Under the pieces are notes generated by a model, which saw only the letters and a list, made by a program, of their open reading frames with translations, did not search any database and was not told the DNA's origin. This document shows positions 62,327 to 64,000 of a stretch of 64,000 bases of DNA, in pieces. The position numbers and the translations under genes were made by a program. The DNA comes from Geopsychrobacteraceae bacterium. GTDB lineage: Bacteria; Desulfobacterota; Desulfuromonadia; Desulfuromonadales; Geopsychrobacteraceae. Each line of letters starts with the position of its first letter. The stretch's first letter is position 1. The stretch covers positions 288,001 through 352,000 of the forward strand of contig CAXXTB010000002.1 in NCBI GenBank assembly GCA_963676795.2, given 5' to 3'.

Positions 62327-62462
62327 GTCGCCTAATTCACGGGCATTCGTTTAGGCGAATGCCCGTGAATGAAAAGAAGCTGCATTGCCGAGATATTTCG
62401 TTTTCACGTGCTCTTAGTCAGTGCAGCTCCATTGCTTTCAGAAATCACTCTAGGAGGAAAAC

Positions 62463-63650
62463 ATGTTCAACAATGTATTTATTCCGTATGGCGGCTACTA
62501 CAGCTCTCCATTTGCCAAATGGCAGGGCAGCCTGCAGAACTTCAATTCGATTGAGCTTGCAGCTAAAACCTGTAAGCGCTGGGTTGATAGCCGTGGCTTT
62601 GATATGGATCCGATCGAGTTTCTGTACCTTGGTTATTCTATCGGCCAGAAATCCTGTTTCTTTGGTGCAACCTGGGCGGCTCATATGCTGGGTCGTCAGA
62701 TTACCGGTCAGACTGTTCAGCATGCCTGTGCAACTTCGACGACCGCTGTCTACAACGCCAGTCTTGCTGTTGAGCATGGCGGTCTTGGTGCTTCTATCTG
62801 TCTGATGGGTGATCGCTGCTCCAACGGCCCACACACCATCTGGCCAAACCCTCTTGGTCCTGGTGCTGAAGTTATCTCTGAAAACTGGAACATGGATAAT
62901 ATGGCTGCTGATCCGGCTACCGGTTTTGGCATGCTGCAGACAGCTGAAAATGTTGCCGCTGAAGGTGGCTTCACCCGTGAGCAGGCAGACGAACTGACCC
63001 TGCGCCGTTTTGAGCAGTATGCTGAAGCTCTGGCCAATGATCGCGAATTCCAGAAGCGTTACATGTTCGCAATTGAGCAGCCTCTCAACAGAAAAACCAC
63101 CATCACACTTGAGTCTGATGAAGGTGTCTCAACAACCTCTAAAGAGGCCCTGGCTAAGCTGAAGACTTTGATGCCTGACGGTATTCACACCTTTGGTTCC
63201 CAGACTCACCCTGCTGACGGTAATGCGGCCGTCATCGTTACCAACAAAGAAAACGCAGACAAGTACAGCAAGGATACCAGCGTCACTGTTCAGGTTGTTT
63301 CCTATGGTTTTGGTCGCGAGAAGCCAGCCTTTATGCCTGCAGCCCCAGCGATAGCATCGAAGATGGCGTTGCAGCGTGCCGGTATCAGCGCTTCTGATCT
63401 GGTCACTGTCAAGAACCACAATCCGTTCATTGCCAACGACCTGGATCTTGCTAAAAAGCTGGGCATCGATCCATTTGACATGAACAACTATGGCAGCTCG
63501 ATGATTTTCGGTCACCCACAGGGCCCAACCCTGGCTCGTCTGCTGATTGAAGGTATCGAAGAGACTGTCATCAAGGGCGGCGGTTACGCACTGATTACCG
63601 GTTGCGCAGCTGGTGACTCTGCCGCGGCACTGGTTCTCAAAATTAGCTAA
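62463..63650 (+). CDS. Thiolase (acetyl-CoA C-acyltransferase)
   Basis: HACATS (Cys), DEG, DGNAA, HNPF in place of NEAF, GHPQG, GCAAG. Confidence 0.88.
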   Translation: MFNNVFIPYGGYYSSPFAKWQGSLQNFNSIELAAKTCKRWVDSRGFDMDPIEFLYLGYSIGQKSCFFGATWAAHMLGRQITGQTVQHACATSTTAVYNASLAVEHGGLGASICLMGDRCSNGPHTIWPNPLGPGAEVISENWNMDNMAADPATGFGMLQTAENVAAEGGFTREQADELTLRRFEQYAEALANDREFQKRYMFAIEQPLNRKTTITLESDEGVSTTSKEALAKLKTLMPDGIHTFGSQTHPADGNAAVIVTNKENADKYSKDTSVTVQVVSYGFGREKPAFMPAAPAIASKMALQRAGISASDLVTVKNHNPFIANDLDLAKKLGIDPFDMNNYGSSMIFGHPQGPTLARLLIEGIEETVIKGGGYALITGCAAGDSAAALVLKIS

Positions 63651-63766
63651 TTAGTTATAAGGCCTGAAGGGGCCGGGTGTGGCATTGAGTTGAGATGTCA
63701 CACCCGGTTCACTGAAAACAAGCTGTGGATCGTTGTATCCGCGAGCAAAGGATATTGGAGTTATCG

Positions 63767-64000
63767 ATGGCTAAATTTATTACAGCTGAAGAAGCAGCTG
63801 CCTTGATTAAGGACGAGGATCTGGTTGGGGCCGCGACCATGCATTTTGCCGGCTGGCCAGAGCAAGTTGCTGTTGCCCTTCAGGAAAGATACGAGAAAAC
63901 CGGTAGTCCTAAAAACATCACAATGATGCACAGTTCTGCCTGTGGCGATTATCGTAATGGCGGAACGGAGCGGCTTATCGCTGACGGTCTGGTGAAGAGA
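63767..64000 (+). CDS. Acyl-CoA:acetate/3-oxoacid CoA-transferase (YdiF/Pct-like), partial
   Basis: Manual translation MAKFITAEEAAALIKD..PEQVAVALQERYEKTGSPKNIT..GD..G...L..DGLVKR; runs off the window. Confidence 0.8.
   Translation, partial: MAKFITAEEAAALIKDEDLVGAATMHFAGWPEQVAVALQERYEKTGSPKNITMMHSSACGDYRNGGTERLIADGLVKR

Noticed and set aside
1..64000. CRISPR arrays, tRNA/rRNA genes, integrase or phage genes
   Set aside because: No regularly spaced repeats, cloverleaf-like sequences or such proteins were seen; the island's left boundary (~20.1-20.5 kb) is inferred only from composition.

Overview
Bacterial chromosomal window, most consistent with an anaerobic Desulfuromonadales-type deltaproteobacterium (inferred from gene content, not from a database search). 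Bases 1 to ~20,000 are high-GC housekeeping DNA: a B12-binding radical SAM gene (partial), an MXAN_5187-like gene, glmU-glmS, ndh, an octaheme Otr-family cytochrome, ftsK, rnj, plsC, proVWX, a MATE transporter and an RlmN-like radical SAM gene. This part also holds two unannotated structured-RNA candidates: a promoter/three-hairpin/terminator sRNA at ~5350-5502 and a long proV leader. From ~20,100 to the window end lies a mosaic, mostly lower-GC accessory island that looks like an anaerobic plant-phenolic catabolic system. It has two paralogous cassettes of PhlG/phloretin-hydrolase-family C-C hydrolase, AprB-like ferredoxin and AprA/SdhA-like flavoprotein, plus a relic of a third flavoprotein copy. 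It also carries a BsdCD-type UbiD (de)carboxylase with UbiX, an LpdD-like chaperone and a kinase-degenerate RibF. Two 3-hydroxyacyl-CoA dehydrogenase/enoyl-CoA hydratase fusions, a variant thiolase, a CoA-transferase and a complete rnfABCDGE operon are present. Regulators include LysR, PucR, IclR and a sigma-54 activator with three near-identical sigma-54 promoters. An IS3 and an IS110 element with structured flanking non-coding ends are inserted in the island. All pathway assignments are inferences from protein-family motifs read by eye.
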